64,000 nucleotides of DNA from assembly GCA_963815115.1 (NCBI GenBank), contig CAWFFN010000012.1, positions 352,001 to 416,000 of the forward strand, read 5' to 3'. Source of the stretch: an uncultured delta proteobacterium (GTDB lineage: Bacteria > Desulfobacterota > Binatia > DP-6). Below the pieces are notes generated by a model. The model searched no databases. It was given only the letters and a program-made list of their open reading frames with translations, and was not told where the DNA came from. Positions within the stretch are counted from its first letter, which is position 1. The number at the start of each line of letters is the position of its first letter. The position numbers and the translations under genes were made by a program. Positions 8,480 to 18,606 of the stretch are shown in pieces.

Positions 8480-11365
8480 GTGGCGATGCAGATGGCTCGG
8501 AACGACGACATGGCGGCGGCCCTTCCGGGCGGCGTGCTCTCGCGCGATCCGGCCGAGGGCGAACGCACTCTTCGGGCAAGTTCCGCACCGGCCGCTGCTC
8601 CCGCGCTTCCGACCTGGCCGAAAGGGCTCGCTGCGGCGGCGGCGGCATTTGCGGTCGTCGGCGGCTGTGTCACGCTCCTCGGATGGGCCGCCAACATCCA
8701 GCGGCTCACCGACTGGAGGAACGACGGCATCTCGATGTTTCCCAACGCCGCCGCCTGCGCCGTCGTGAGCGGCCTGGCCCTCGTGCTGAGCGGCATCGAA
8801 AGCCGGCGCTTGCCCCGGGTGAGCGCGTGGCTCGGAATCCTGGTCGCCCTGATCGGCGGCTTGACGCTGGTCGAGCACTCGAGCGGGCTCGACCTCGGCA
8901 TCGACACCCTTCTGTTCGATCGCGCGTGGGGCCAGGGCGCGGCGGCCGCTCCGATGCGCATCGGGCCGCCCGCATCCGTCTCGTTTCTCCTCGTGGGGAC
9001 GGCGCTCGCGCTCCTGGGCCGCGGGCCCCGAGCGCGTGGCGCCAGCGCCGCGTGCGGTGTGACCGTCACGGCGATCGCGATGCTCTCGCTCGTGGGCTAT
9101 CTCTACGGCGCGAGGCAGATGTATACGATCCCCGACCTGACGGGGATCGCGAGGCAGACCGCCTCGATCCTCCTCGCTCTGGGCATCGGCCTCGTGGCGA
9201 GCGCGCCCGAGCGGGAGCCGATGCGGACCGTCCTGGAGCCCGGCGCCCCGGGGATACTGGTCAGGCGAGCCTGGCCGATCGTCGTCCTGTGCTCGCTCGT
9301 GATCGGATGCCTGCGCGTGCTGATGCAGAACGAGGGTCTGGTGGACACGGCGTTCGGGACCGCGTCCGGCACCCTCGTCCAGATCACCTTGCTGACGGTC
9401 GTGCTGTGGTGGGCCGCCGGGAAGGTCCGTGGGCACGAGCGCGCGCTGCGCCGGAGCGAAGCGGAGGTGCGCCGCCAGGCCCGCCAGCTGGAGGCGTTCG
9501 TCGACACCGCGGCCATCGGCATGCACCGGGTGGGCCCGGACGGGACCATCCTGTGGGCCAACGATGCCGAGCTGGAGATCCTGGGCTATGCCCGCGAGGA
9601 GTACGTCGGGCACCACATCTCGGAGTTTCATGCCGATCGAGCCGTGCTCGCGGACATCCTGGCGCGCCTCCGGCGCGGCGAGAAGCTGTTCGAGTATCCG
9701 GCCGAGATGAGGTGCAGGGACGGCTCCCTCAAGTCCGTCCTGATCGACTCGAGCGTGCTGTGGGACGAGGGACGGTTCCTGCACACGCAGTGCTTCACGC
9801 GTGACGTCACAGAGCGGAAGAGCGCCGAGGAGTCGCGGGCTCTGCTCGCCGCGATCGTCGAGGCGTCCGACGACGCGGTCGTGAGCAAGACGGTCGAAGG
9901 CATCATCACCACCTGGAACGCCGGCGCCGAGCGCATCTTCGGCTACCCCGCGGCGGAGGCGGTCGGACGGCCGATCGAGCTCATCGTCCCGTCGGATCGG
10001 CTGGAGGAGGAACGCGAGATCCTCGCGCGCATCCGACGTGGCCAGCGCATCGAGCACTTCGAGACCGTGCGCCGCACCAAGGACGGCCGCCTGCTGGACG
10101 TCTCGCTCACCATCTCGCCGGTGAAGGACGGATCGGGACGGATCACCGGCGCCTCGAAGATCGCCCGCGACATCACGGGACGGAAGCGCGCCGAGGCGGA
10201 ACGAGAGGAGAGCACGCGCCGGAAGGACGAGTTCATCGCGATCCTCGCCCACGAGCTGCGCAATCCGCTGGCGCCGATCCGCAACGCCGCCCGCTTTCTG
10301 AAGCAGAGGGCCTCGGGCGATCCGGACCTCAGGCGTCCGATCGACATGGTCGAGCGTCAGGTGGCGCAGATGTCACGCCTCATCGACGACCTCCTCGACG
10401 TGTCGCGCATCTCACGTGGCACCCTGGACCTGCGCCGCGAGCGCGTCGCGTGCGCGGAGATCGTCGAGGCCGCAGTGGATGCCTGCCGTGACGACATCCA
10501 GGCCAAGGGACAGCATCTGCGCGTGCGCGTGCCGCGCGGGCCCGTCGAGCTGGAGGCCGACCGCGAGCGCCTCGTCCAGGTGCTCTGCAACCTGATCGGG
10601 AACGCGGCCAAGTACACCCCCACGGGCGGCGACATCGACGTCGCGGTCGACGTCGTGTCGGCCGCCGCCCTCGTCATCTCCGTCCGCGACAACGGCATCG
10701 GCATCCCGCCGGGGAAGCTCACGGAGATCTTCGATCTCTTCGCGCGGGTGGATCATTCGCTCGAGCGGCAGGGCGGCCTCGGCATCGGCCTCACGCTGGT
10801 TCGCCAGCTCGTCGAGCTGCACGGCGGGACGATCGAGGCGCATAGCGAGGGGGTGGGACACGGCAGCGAGTTCGTCGTGAAGCTTCCCGTGGTCGTGACG
10901 GCGCTGCAGGCGCCCGCCACGGTTGCGGAGCCGGGTGCCGCCGGTCCTGCGCTGCGCATCCTCGTGGCCGACGACAACCTGGACGCCGCCGAGAGCCTGG
11001 TGCTGCTCCTCCAGATGGCCGGGCACGACGTCCACGCGGTATTCGACGGGAACGCCGCGATCGGCGCCATCGAGGAGCTCCGGCCGGACGTCGCTCTCCT
11101 CGACATCGGCATGCCGGGAGCGAACGGCTACGAGGTCGCCCGGCGGGTTCGCGAGCATGCCTGGGGGAAGCAGGTGCACCTCGTCGCGCTCACGGGCTGG
11201 AGCCAGCCGGCCGACAGGCGTCGCGCGGAGGAGGCCGGCTTCGACGCGCATCTCGTAAAGCCGGTTCCCCCGGAAGCGCTCGATCGCCTGCTCGCGACGA
11301 TGAGCGGACCGCGAGACCAGCCGGCTCCCGCCAGCGAGCCGATGCGGGTGAGTCGCGGGTCGTGA
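8480..11365 (+). CDS. membrane hybrid sensor histidine kinase (multi-TM, 2 PAS, HisKA, HATPase, REC)
   Basis: About 8 hydrophobic segments, two PAS/PAC repeats, LAHELRNPL H-box, N/G1/G2 boxes, receiver ILVADD...LLDIGMPG...KP; start uncertain (8480/8486/8510). Confidence 0.9.
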   Translation: MAMQMARNDDMAAALPGGVLSRDPAEGERTLRASSAPAAAPALPTWPKGLAAAAAAFAVVGGCVTLLGWAANIQRLTDWRNDGISMFPNAAACAVVSGLALVLSGIESRRLPRVSAWLGILVALIGGLTLVEHSSGLDLGIDTLLFDRAWGQGAAAAPMRIGPPASVSFLLVGTALALLGRGPRARGASAACGVTVTAIAMLSLVGYLYGARQMYTIPDLTGIARQTASILLALGIGLVASAPEREPMRTVLEPGAPGILVRRAWPIVVLCSLVIGCLRVLMQNEGLVDTAFGTASGTLVQITLLTVVLWWAAGKVRGHERALRRSEAEVRRQARQLEAFVDTAAIGMHRVGPDGTILWANDAELEILGYAREEYVGHHISEFHADRAVLADILARLRRGEKLFEYPAEMRCRDGSLKSVLIDSSVLWDEGRFLHTQCFTRDVTERKSAEESRALLAAIVEASDDAVVSKTVEGIITTWNAGAERIFGYPAAEAVGRPIELIVPSDRLEEEREILARIRRGQRIEHFETVRRTKDGRLLDVSLTISPVKDGSGRITGASKIARDITGRKRAEAEREESTRRKDEFIAILAHELRNPLAPIRNAARFLKQRASGDPDLRRPIDMVERQVAQMSRLIDDLLDVSRISRGTLDLRRERVACAEIVEAAVDACRDDIQAKGQHLRVRVPRGPVELEADRERLVQVLCNLIGNAAKYTPTGGDIDVAVDVVSAAALVISVRDNGIGIPPGKLTEIFDLFARVDHSLERQGGLGIGLTLVRQLVELHGGTIEAHSEGVGHGSEFVVKLPVVVTALQAPATVAEPGAAGPALRILVADDNLDAAESLVLLLQMAGHDVHAVFDGNAAIGAIEELRPDVALLDIGMPGANGYEVARRVREHAWGKQVHLVALTGWSQPADRRRAEEAGFDAHLVKPVPPEALDRLLATMSGPRDQPAPASEPMRVSRGS

Positions 11366-11393
11366 AGGCGGCGGGACGGCTTCCCGGACACCT

Positions 11394-12248
11394 TCAGGGC
11401 CGCGGCGGAGCGAACTGCGTGCGCAGGAAGGCGTCGAAGGCGCGGTCGGGGAGCCAGCGGCGCAGCCCCATCATGACACGCGCCGCGGCGGTGACCGGGT
11501 AGCGCGTCGCCGGCCGGGGCCTCGCGATCGCCTTCTCGATCACCCGCGCCACGGCTTCCGGGCCCGAGGCGAGGCGGCCCATGGGACCCTCGTAGGCCTC
11601 CCTGATCTTCGCGGCGACCTGGGCATTGAAGGTGGCGTACGCCGAATTGTCGCCGGCGGGCCCCTGGATGCTGCCGATCGCGGTGTCGCCGAAGCGGGTC
11701 TTGATGGGGCCCGGCTGGACCACGACGACGTCGACCCCGAACCCCCGCACCTCGAAGCGGAGCGCGTCGCTCAGCGCCTCCACGGCGTGCTTGGTGGCGT
11801 GGTAGAAGGCGCCGCCCGGGAAGGTGAGCCGGCCGCCCATGGAGCTCAGGTTGACGATCTTGCCCCAGCGCTGGCGGCGCATCCCCGGGAGCACGAGCTG
11901 GGTGAGGCGGATCAGCCCGAAGACGTTGGTCTCGAACTGGCGTCGGATCTCGTCCATCGGCGTGGCCTCGAAGGCGCCTTCCTGGCCGTAGCCGGCGTTG
12001 TTCACCAGCACGCCGACGGCGCCCTCGGCGCGCTCCACGGCGTCGACGGCCGCCCGCATCGAGCCCTCGTCGCAGACGTCGAGCGCCAGCAGACGGCAGC
12101 CGGTGGCCGCCAGATCCTGGATCGCATCGAGCCTGCGCGCGGTGGCGTAGACGGTCCACCCCGACCGGGCCAGGTGCTCCGCGGTCGCGCGGCCGATGCC
12201 CGTCGAGCACCCCGTGATCAGCACTGCCTTCGAGATGGTCGTCGCCAT
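11394..12248 (-). CDS. short-chain dehydrogenase/reductase
   Basis: TGCSTGIG, NNAG, SSMGG, YHATK. Confidence 0.92.
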   Translation of the reverse strand: MATTISKAVLITGCSTGIGRATAEHLARSGWTVYATARRLDAIQDLAATGCRLLALDVCDEGSMRAAVDAVERAEGAVGVLVNNAGYGQEGAFEATPMDEIRRQFETNVFGLIRLTQLVLPGMRRQRWGKIVNLSSMGGRLTFPGGAFYHATKHAVEALSDALRFEVRGFGVDVVVVQPGPIKTRFGDTAIGSIQGPAGDNSAYATFNAQVAAKIREAYEGPMGRLASGPEAVARVIEKAIARPRPATRYPVTAAARVMMGLRRWLPDRAFDAFLRTQFAPPRP

Positions 12249-12306
12249 GACCGGCCAACTAGATGGGTCGCACCCCTCCGGTCAATGCGTCTCGCGCGGC
12301 GCCGCT

Positions 12307-12335
12307 TTGAAAGGCCCGGATGCCGCTGGTACGGT
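12307..12335 (+). promoter_or_regulatory. putative sigma-70 promoter of ileS
   Basis: TTGAAA-N17-TACGGT with an extended -10 TG. Confidence 0.4.
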
Positions 12336-12349
12336 CGCGTCTCCGTCCC

Positions 12350-15112
12350 ATGGACTACAAGGCCACCCTGAACCTTCCGCGCACCGACTTTCCGATGCGA
12401 GCCAACCTGCCGAAGCGCGAGCCCGAGATGCTGCGGCACTGGGCCGACCTCGGACTGTACGACCGGGTGCTGGCCCGCAACGCCGGGCGCCCGCGCTTCG
12501 TGCTGCACGACGGGCCGCCGTACGCCAACGGCGACGTCCACCTGGGCACCGCCCTCAACAAGGTGCTGAAGGACATCGTGGTGAAGTCGCGCGCGATGGC
12601 GGGCTGGCTGGCACCGTACGTGCCCGGCTGGGACTGCCACGGGCTGCCCATCGAGATGCAGGTGGAGAAGGAGCTTGGCCGCGCGAAGAAGGAGAGCATG
12701 CAGAAGGCGGAGGTCCGCGCCCTCTGTCGCGAGTACGCCACCCGCTTCGTCGGCATCCAGCGCGCCCAGTTCGAGCGCCTCGGGGTGCTCGGGGACTGGG
12801 AGCATCCCTACCTCACCATGGCCTTCGACTACGAGGCGCGCGAGGTCCGGCTGCTGGGGAGGTGCATCGAGGCCGGCTTGCTGTACCGCCGCAAGCGGCC
12901 GGTGCAGTGGTGCTGGTCGTGTCTGACGGCGCTCGCCGAGGCGGAGGTCGAGTACGCCGACATCACCTCGCCGTCGGTCTACGTGGCGTATCCCTTCGTC
13001 GATCCGCTGCCGGCACCGCTCGCCGGGCTCGACGGCGTGGCCGCCGCGGCCTGGACCACCACGCCGTGGACGCTGCCGGCGAGCCTCGCCGTGGCGGTCC
13101 ATCCGGAGCACGAGTACGTCGCCGTGACGCTCGCCGAGCGCACGCTCGTCGTGGCCGCCGCGCTCGTCCCGGCGCTCGCCGAGGCAATGGGTGTCGGCGA
13201 GCCGCCACGCGAGCTGCGCCGCTTCCGGGGTCGCGATCTCGAGGGCGCGCGCTGCCGGCATCCCTGGCTGGAGCGGGTCGTGCCGGTCGTGCTGGCCGAC
13301 TACGTCACCCTGGAGAGCGGCACGGGCCTCGTTCACACGGCGCCCGGACACGGCCAGGAGGACTACCAGACCGGCCTGCGCTACGGCCTCGACGTCCTCG
13401 CCCCGGTCGACGAGCGGGGCCGGTTCACCGACGCCGTGCCGGAGTGGAAGGGCATGCGCGTCTTCGATGCCGACGCCGACATCGTCCGGCAGCTGCGCGC
13501 CGTCGGCGGGCTCCTCGCGGCGCAGAACTTCGTCCACAGCTACCCGCACTGCTGGCGCTGCAAGAACCCCATCGTGTTCCGCGCCACCGAGCAGTGGTTC
13601 ATGGGCATGGACCTGACGGGGCTGCGGGACCGGGCGCTGGCGGAGATCGACCGCATCCGGTGGGTGCCCGAATGGGGCCGGGACCGCCTCCACGGCATGG
13701 TGGCGACGCGGCCCGACTGGTGCCTGTCGCGGCAGCGCGACTGGGGCGTGCCGATCGTCGCGCTCTTCTGCGAGACGTGCGGCGCGGAGCACACCAGCCG
13801 CGAACTCTGCGACCACGTGGCAGCCATCTTCGAGCGCGAGGGCGCGGATGCCTGGTTCACGCGCCCGATCGCCGACCTGGTCCCGCCCGCGACGCGCTGC
13901 GCGCGCTGCGGCGGCACGGAGTTCCGCCGGGAGACCGACATCCTCGACGTATGGTTCGACTCGGGCGTCAGCTGGAGCGCCGTCGTCGAGCAGCGGCCCG
14001 AGCTGGGCGGGCGTGCCGACATGTACCTGGAAGGCAGCGATCAGCACCGGGGCTGGTTCCAGAGCTCGCTGCTCACGAGCGTCGCGGTCGAGGGACGCGC
14101 ACCGTACGACGTCGTCCTCACCCACGGCTTCTTCGTCGACGGGACGGGGCGGAAGATGTCGAAGTCCGTCGGCAACGTCATCTCGGCCGAGGACATCGTC
14201 GGGCGCCATGGCGCCGAGCTGCTCCGCCTCTGGGTGGCGGCCGAGGACTACCGCGGCGACATTCCGGTGTCGGAGGAGATCCTCGGCCAGCTCGTGGACG
14301 CCTATCGCCGCCTGCGCAACACGGCGCGCTTCCTCCTGAGCAACCTGTACGACTTCGATCCCGCGCGTGACGCGGTTCCGTACGCCGCGCTGCCCGAGCT
14401 CGAGCGCTGGGCGCTGCACCGGACGCACGCGCTCGCCGGGCGCGTCCAGGCGGCGTACGAGGCGTACGAGTTCCACATCGTCCACCATGCGCTCAACACC
14501 TTCTGCGCCGTGGACCTGAGCGCCTTCTACCTCGACGTGCGCAAGGATCGGCTGTACTGCGAGCGCCCCGAGAGCACCGAGCGGCGCGGGACGCAGACCG
14601 TGCTGTACGCCATGCTCGACACGCTGGTTCGCTCGATGGCGCCGGTGCTCTCCTTCACCGCCGACGAGATCTGGACGTTCATGGCAGGCACGACGGAGCC
14701 GAGCGTCTTTCTCGCCGGGTTCGCCGAGCCGCCCGCGTCCTGGTGCGACGACGAGCTGGCGGCGCGCTACGAGCGGCTCCTGGCCGTGCGCGCGGCGGTG
14801 ACGAAGGCGATCGAGGAAGCCCGGCAGGCCGGCGTCGTGAAGCAGGGAAGCGAAGCGCACGTCACGCTGGGTGCCGGCGGCGAGCTGAGGGACCTGCTCG
14901 CCGTCCGGCTCGACGAGCTGCCCGCGCTCTTCCTCGTCGCCGAGGTCGCGCTCGGGGAGGGCGGCGCGGAGAGTCCCCTGCTGGCGGGGCTTCGCGTCGG
15001 TGTGGAGCGGGCGAGCGGAGAGAAGTGCGAGCGCTGCTGGCGCACGCTGCCGCTCGGGGGCGATTCACGTCATCCCCGGCTGTGCAGTCGCTGCGCGGCG
15101 GTCGTGGCATGA
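12350..15112 (+). CDS. ileS: isoleucyl-tRNA synthetase (type 1)
   Basis: [49 protein letters not shown]-terminal CERC...CSRC Zn finger. Confidence 0.97.
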   Translation: MDYKATLNLPRTDFPMRANLPKREPEMLRHWADLGLYDRVLARNAGRPRFVLHDGPPYANGDVHLGTALNKVLKDIVVKSRAMAGWLAPYVPGWDCHGLPIEMQVEKELGRAKKESMQKAEVRALCREYATRFVGIQRAQFERLGVLGDWEHPYLTMAFDYEAREVRLLGRCIEAGLLYRRKRPVQWCWSCLTALAEAEVEYADITSPSVYVAYPFVDPLPAPLAGLDGVAAAAWTTTPWTLPASLAVAVHPEHEYVAVTLAERTLVVAAALVPALAEAMGVGEPPRELRRFRGRDLEGARCRHPWLERVVPVVLADYVTLESGTGLVHTAPGHGQEDYQTGLRYGLDVLAPVDERGRFTDAVPEWKGMRVFDADADIVRQLRAVGGLLAAQNFVHSYPHCWRCKNPIVFRATEQWFMGMDLTGLRDRALAEIDRIRWVPEWGRDRLHGMVATRPDWCLSRQRDWGVPIVALFCETCGAEHTSRELCDHVAAIFEREGADAWFTRPIADLVPPATRCARCGGTEFRRETDILDVWFDSGVSWSAVVEQRPELGGRADMYLEGSDQHRGWFQSSLLTSVAVEGRAPYDVVLTHGFFVDGTGRKMSKSVGNVISAEDIVGRHGAELLRLWVAAEDYRGDIPVSEEILGQLVDAYRRLRNTARFLLSNLYDFDPARDAVPYAALPELERWALHRTHALAGRVQAAYEAYEFHIVHHALNTFCAVDLSAFYLDVRKDRLYCERPESTERRGTQTVLYAMLDTLVRSMAPVLSFTADEIWTFMAGTTEPSVFLAGFAEPPASWCDDELAARYERLLAVRAAVTKAIEEARQAGVVKQGSEAHVTLGAGGELRDLLAVRLDELPALFLVAEVALGEGGAESPLLAGLRVGVERASGEKCERCWRTLPLGGDSRHPRLCSRCAAVVA

Positions 15113-15618
15113 ACGACACCCGGCTGCGGCAGGCCCTCCTGGTCGCCCTCGCCGTGGTGGCCGTCGATCAGCTGACCAAGACCATGGTGGAGCGCTCCAT
15201 GACGCTCTACGAGAGCATCCCCATCGTGCCCGGGTTCTCGCTCACCTATGTGCGCAACACCGGCGCGGCGTTCGGCATGCTCGGCGGCGCGCCGTCGGCG
15301 TTCCGGCTGCCGCTCTTCCTGCTCGTCACCGCGGTCGCGATCTGGGCGCTGATCTCCTACCTGCGCGCCAGCCCGACCCATCGCCGCTCCCTGGTCTGGT
15401 CGCTCGGGGGCATCCTCGGCGGCGCCGTCGGCAACTTCATCTGCCGCATGCGCTACGGGGAGGTGGTCGATTTCTTTCACCTCCACTACGGCGCCTGGAG
15501 CTGGCCGATGTTCAACGTCGCCGACTCGGCGATCACCGTCGGCGTGGCGATCGTCCTGCTCGAGTCTCTGCGGGGCGGTGCCGAGAGTCGAGAGCAGCCG
15601 GTCACGACGGCTCGTTGA
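15109..15618 (+). CDS. lspA: lipoprotein signal peptidase II
   Basis: [30 protein letters not shown]; ileS-lspA synteny. Confidence 0.93.
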   Translation: MNDTRLRQALLVALAVVAVDQLTKTMVERSMTLYESIPIVPGFSLTYVRNTGAAFGMLGGAPSAFRLPLFLLVTAVAIWALISYLRASPTHRRSLVWSLGGILGGAVGNFICRMRYGEVVDFFHLHYGAWSWPMFNVADSAITVGVAIVLLESLRGGAESREQPVTTAR

Positions 15619-16678
15619 GCGGCGGGGCCGGGTGGCGCTCGGCCTCGCGCAGGCGGACGAGGACGCGTTCGGCAATCTCGTGAAAGGCCCGGCCGTAGGC
15701 GCTCGCCGGCTCGGCGGCGACGATGGGCAGGCCGCGATCACCCGCCTCGCGCACCGCTCGCGCGAGCGGGATCTCGCCGAGAAACGGCACGCCCAGCTCG
15801 CGTGCCATCGCCGCCCCCCCGCCGTGCCCGAAGAGATCGGCCCGCGCCCCGCAGCCGGGGCAGAGATGATAGCTCATGTTCTCGATCACCCCGAGCACCG
15901 GCACCTGCACCTGCCGGAACATCTGCAGTCCCCGGCGCACGTCCGCGAGCGCCACGTCCTGGGGCGTCGTCACGATGACCCCGCCGCTGAGCGGAACCTG
16001 CTGCGTCAGCGTGAGCTGGACGTCCCCGGTGCCGGGGGGAAGGTCGAGCACCAGGACGTCGAGCTCCCCCCAATCGCAGTTGCGGAGGAACTCGACGATG
16101 AGCTTGGTCAGCATGGGACCGCGCCAGATGACCGGGGTCTCGTCGGCGAGGAACATGCCCATCGAGATCACCGACAGGCCGTGCCGTCGGATCGGCTGGA
16201 GCCGCTTGCCTTCGCCGCTGCGAGCCTTGTCGGTGATGCCGAGCATCAGGGGAACGCTGGGGCCGTACACGTCGGCGTCCATCAGCCCCGTGCGCTGTCC
16301 CAGCCCGGCGAGCGCGAGCGCCAGGTTCGTCGCGACGGTCGACTTGCCGACGCCTCCCTTGCCGCTCGCGACGGCGAGGATGCTCCCGATGCCGGTGACT
16401 GCCTGCGGCCCGCTGCGGGCGGCCGGCGCGGGAGCCGGGGCCTGCTGGCGCACGATCGTCAGGTGCTCCGCGCCCGGGATTCCCGCGAGCGCCTCCCGGA
16501 CCGAGGCCTCGATGTCGCGGACGACCTCCTCGTTGGCAGTGCTCGGGGTCAGGGTCACCGTGACCCCACCCGACGATACCTCGATGTCGCGCACCAGGCC
16601 GAAGGAGACGATGTCCCGGGTGAAACCGGGGTACGGGATGGATCGGAGGCGCTCCAGGAGCTCCTGGGGGGTAGGCAC
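15602..16678 (-). CDS. apbC: Mrp/ApbC/NBP35 Fe-S cluster carrier ATPase
   Basis: N-terminal DUF59-like domain, GKGGVGKST, DADVYGPS, DLPPGTGD, ENMS..CPGC. Confidence 0.93.
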   Translation of the reverse strand: MPTPQELLERLRSIPYPGFTRDIVSFGLVRDIEVSSGGVTVTLTPSTANEEVVRDIEASVREALAGIPGAEHLTIVRQQAPAPAPAARSGPQAVTGIGSILAVASGKGGVGKSTVATNLALALAGLGQRTGLMDADVYGPSVPLMLGITDKARSGEGKRLQPIRRHGLSVISMGMFLADETPVIWRGPMLTKLIVEFLRNCDWGELDVLVLDLPPGTGDVQLTLTQQVPLSGGVIVTTPQDVALADVRRGLQMFRQVQVPVLGVIENMSYHLCPGCGARADLFGHGGGAAMARELGVPFLGEIPLARAVREAGDRGLPIVAAEPASAYGRAFHEIAERVLVRLREAERHPAPPLNEPS

Positions 16679-16837
16679 GCTCCGCGCTTACCAATCGCAC
16701 GCGAGGCTCGCAAGGGCTGCGCAAGTGGCATGCATTCATGCGAGGAAAGGACGGCTATGCCGTATCTTCTTTACACGATCTGGCGACTTTGGAGCCTTTC
16801 CTAGGGACCCCCGCAAGGAGTTTTCAGCCCTTTTGGG

Positions 16838-16854
16838 CTGGCACAGGCCTTGCT
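16838..16854 (+). promoter_or_regulatory. sigma-54 (-24/-12) promoter of the XRE gene
   Basis: CTGGCAC-AGGCC-TTGCT, exact match to TGGCAC-N5-TTGC. Confidence 0.8.
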
Positions 16855-16870
16855 CTAGGCAAGACCTAGA
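16854..16870. promoter_or_regulatory. palindrome over the predicted transcription start, candidate operator
   Basis: TCTAGG-CAAGA-CCTAGA perfect inverted repeat. Confidence 0.45.
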
Positions 16871-16881
16871 TGGACTTCGCT

Positions 16882-17148
16882 ATGCAGCTCAACACCCCCC
16901 CCTCCAACACCAGCGTCAGCAACGGGCCGCCCGCTGATGCCGGCAAGCTCATTCGCGCGTGGCGGCATCGCGCAGGTCTCACCCAGGAGGGCCTCGCCCA
17001 TTCCCTGAGTGTGACCTTCTCGACCGTCAGCCGCTGGGAGAACGGCCACGTTCTGCCGAGCCGGCTCGCCTGGCGGGCCCTTCAGCAGCTGGCCACCGAG
17101 CGCGCCTGCCCCCTCGTCGAAATCGAACAAGTCGCAGCACAGGCCTGA
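16882..17148 (+). CDS. XRE-family helix-turn-helix regulator
   Basis: IRAWRHRAGLTQEGLAHSLSVTFSTVSRWENG; ATG 16882 preferred over 16870 given the promoter position. Confidence 0.85.
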   Translation: MQLNTPPSNTSVSNGPPADAGKLIRAWRHRAGLTQEGLAHSLSVTFSTVSRWENGHVLPSRLAWRALQQLATERACPLVEIEQVAAQA

Positions 17149-17243
17149 CCGGGTCTCCGCCCGGCTCTCACGTCTCCAAAAACCACCCGCGTCCTCCCTG
17201 CGCCTGACTGTAGCCCGTCAGGTCGCTGTGGTAGATCCGCGCC

Positions 17244-18011
17244 ATGGCGCGGCGGGAGCGGACGTCGGACGACGCGAGCGGCCGGGCGGCACCGGCGCCT
17301 GCATCGCTGAACGTCCCGTTCCGGGACCTCCGGAAGCAGTGGAAGGGCAGGCCGGAGCCCCCGCCGGCTCGGCCTCCGACTTCTTCTCCGCCGAAGCTCC
17401 AGGCACCGGTATCGTCCCCCGCCGAGGGTAGCGAGACGGACCTGTTCGAGTCGGCGATGGCGGGTGTGGTTCCGCTGGCGCGAGGCCCCCACACGCGCAT
17501 CGAAGGCCCCCCTCCGGCCCTGGGAGGAGGGCCGCGCCCCATGAGCGAAGAGGCAGAAGCGCTTGCCGCGCTCTCCGACCTCGTCGCGGGCGTGGCGAAT
17601 TTCGACATCACCGACAGCCGCGAGTACATCGAGGGTGTCGTGGTGGGTCTCGACCCGAGGGTCGTTCGCCGCTTGCGGCGCGGTGACTTCGCCTGGCAGG
17701 CTCATCTGGACCTCCACGGTCTCACCGCGGCCGAGGCCCGCGACGTGGTCGATCGTTTCATCCTCGAGAGCTTTCGCGCCGGCCGCCGCTGCGTGCTCGT
17801 CGTCCACGGCCGGGGGCTCAACTCGAAGGACCGCACGCCCGTCCTGAAGGAACGGCTCAAGTCCTGGCTGGCGCACGGGCGCATCGCCAAGGTGGTGCTC
17901 GCCTTCTCGACTGCGCGCTTGTGCGACGGCGGCGCCGGAGCGCTCTACGTGCTCCTCCGTCGTGACCGGCGCGCGCGGCCGATCCGCGTGACCGAGGGCG
18001 CGAAGCGCTAG
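17244..18011 (+). CDS. Smr/MutS2-domain protein
   Basis: LRRGDF..QAHLDLHG, VLVVHGRG, DGGAGALYVLLR. Confidence 0.9.
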   Translation: MARRERTSDDASGRAAPAPASLNVPFRDLRKQWKGRPEPPPARPPTSSPPKLQAPVSSPAEGSETDLFESAMAGVVPLARGPHTRIEGPPPALGGGPRPMSEEAEALAALSDLVAGVANFDITDSREYIEGVVVGLDPRVVRRLRRGDFAWQAHLDLHGLTAAEARDVVDRFILESFRAGRRCVLVVHGRGLNSKDRTPVLKERLKSWLAHGRIAKVVLAFSTARLCDGGAGALYVLLRRDRRARPIRVTEGAKR

Positions 18012-18083
18012 GAGCCCCGCCGGACCATGGCTCGCGCATCCCTCGCTGCGCCCGGCGGCATGGCCCGACCGGGCTCCTAGACC

Positions 18084-18602
18084 GTGGCGAACGCACTCAG
18101 CGGCGCCCGGCTGCTCCTGGCCGCGGCGCTGCCGTACCTGCTGGTGCACGGCGGCTGGCCTCCCGTGGTCGTCTGGATCGCGGCCAGCCTGTCCGACTAC
18201 CTGGACGGCCCGCTGGCCCGCCGCCGCGGAACGAGCAGTCCCGGCGGTGCGATCCTGGACAACGTCGCGGACATCACCTTCGTGCTCGCGGGGCTCTCGA
18301 CGGCCGCGGCGCTCCGGCTCGTGTCCTGGGTGGTGCCGGCATCGATCGCCCTGTCGGCGACCGCCTATGCCGCGGCCTCGGCACGGCGACACGATCCCGC
18401 CGGCGCGGGCCCGCGCCTCGCCCGCAGCCGCCTCGGCCACTGGGCGGGGGTCGCGAACTACGCCTGTCTCGGCGTGGCGTCGGGTGCCGCGGCCTGGCCC
18501 GGCCCGTGGTGGGCGCCGCTCCTCGCCGGAGCCGGCGCGACGACGGCGGGGCTGAACCTGACCGCGGTCGCGGCCCGCCTGGTCGCGCGCAGGCCCACGT
18601 GA
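18084..18602 (+). CDS. CDP-alcohol phosphatidyltransferase family protein
   Basis: ANALSGAR and the DYLDGPLARR...GAILDNVAD signature. Confidence 0.85.
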   Translation: MANALSGARLLLAAALPYLLVHGGWPPVVVWIAASLSDYLDGPLARRRGTSSPGGAILDNVADITFVLAGLSTAAALRLVSWVVPASIALSATAYAAASARRHDPAGAGPRLARSRLGHWAGVANYACLGVASGAAAWPGPWWAPLLAGAGATTAGLNLTAVAARLVARRPT

Positions 18603-18606
18603 GGGC

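Noticed and set aside
16725-16742. Second sigma-54 site TGGCATGCATTCATGC
   Set aside because: GG-to-GC spacing is 11 rather than the required 10
17244-18011. Smr protein plus XRE as a toxin-antitoxin or defence pair
   Set aside because: Stand-alone Smr proteins are common housekeeping nucleases, and the genes are ~95 bp apart with no coupling
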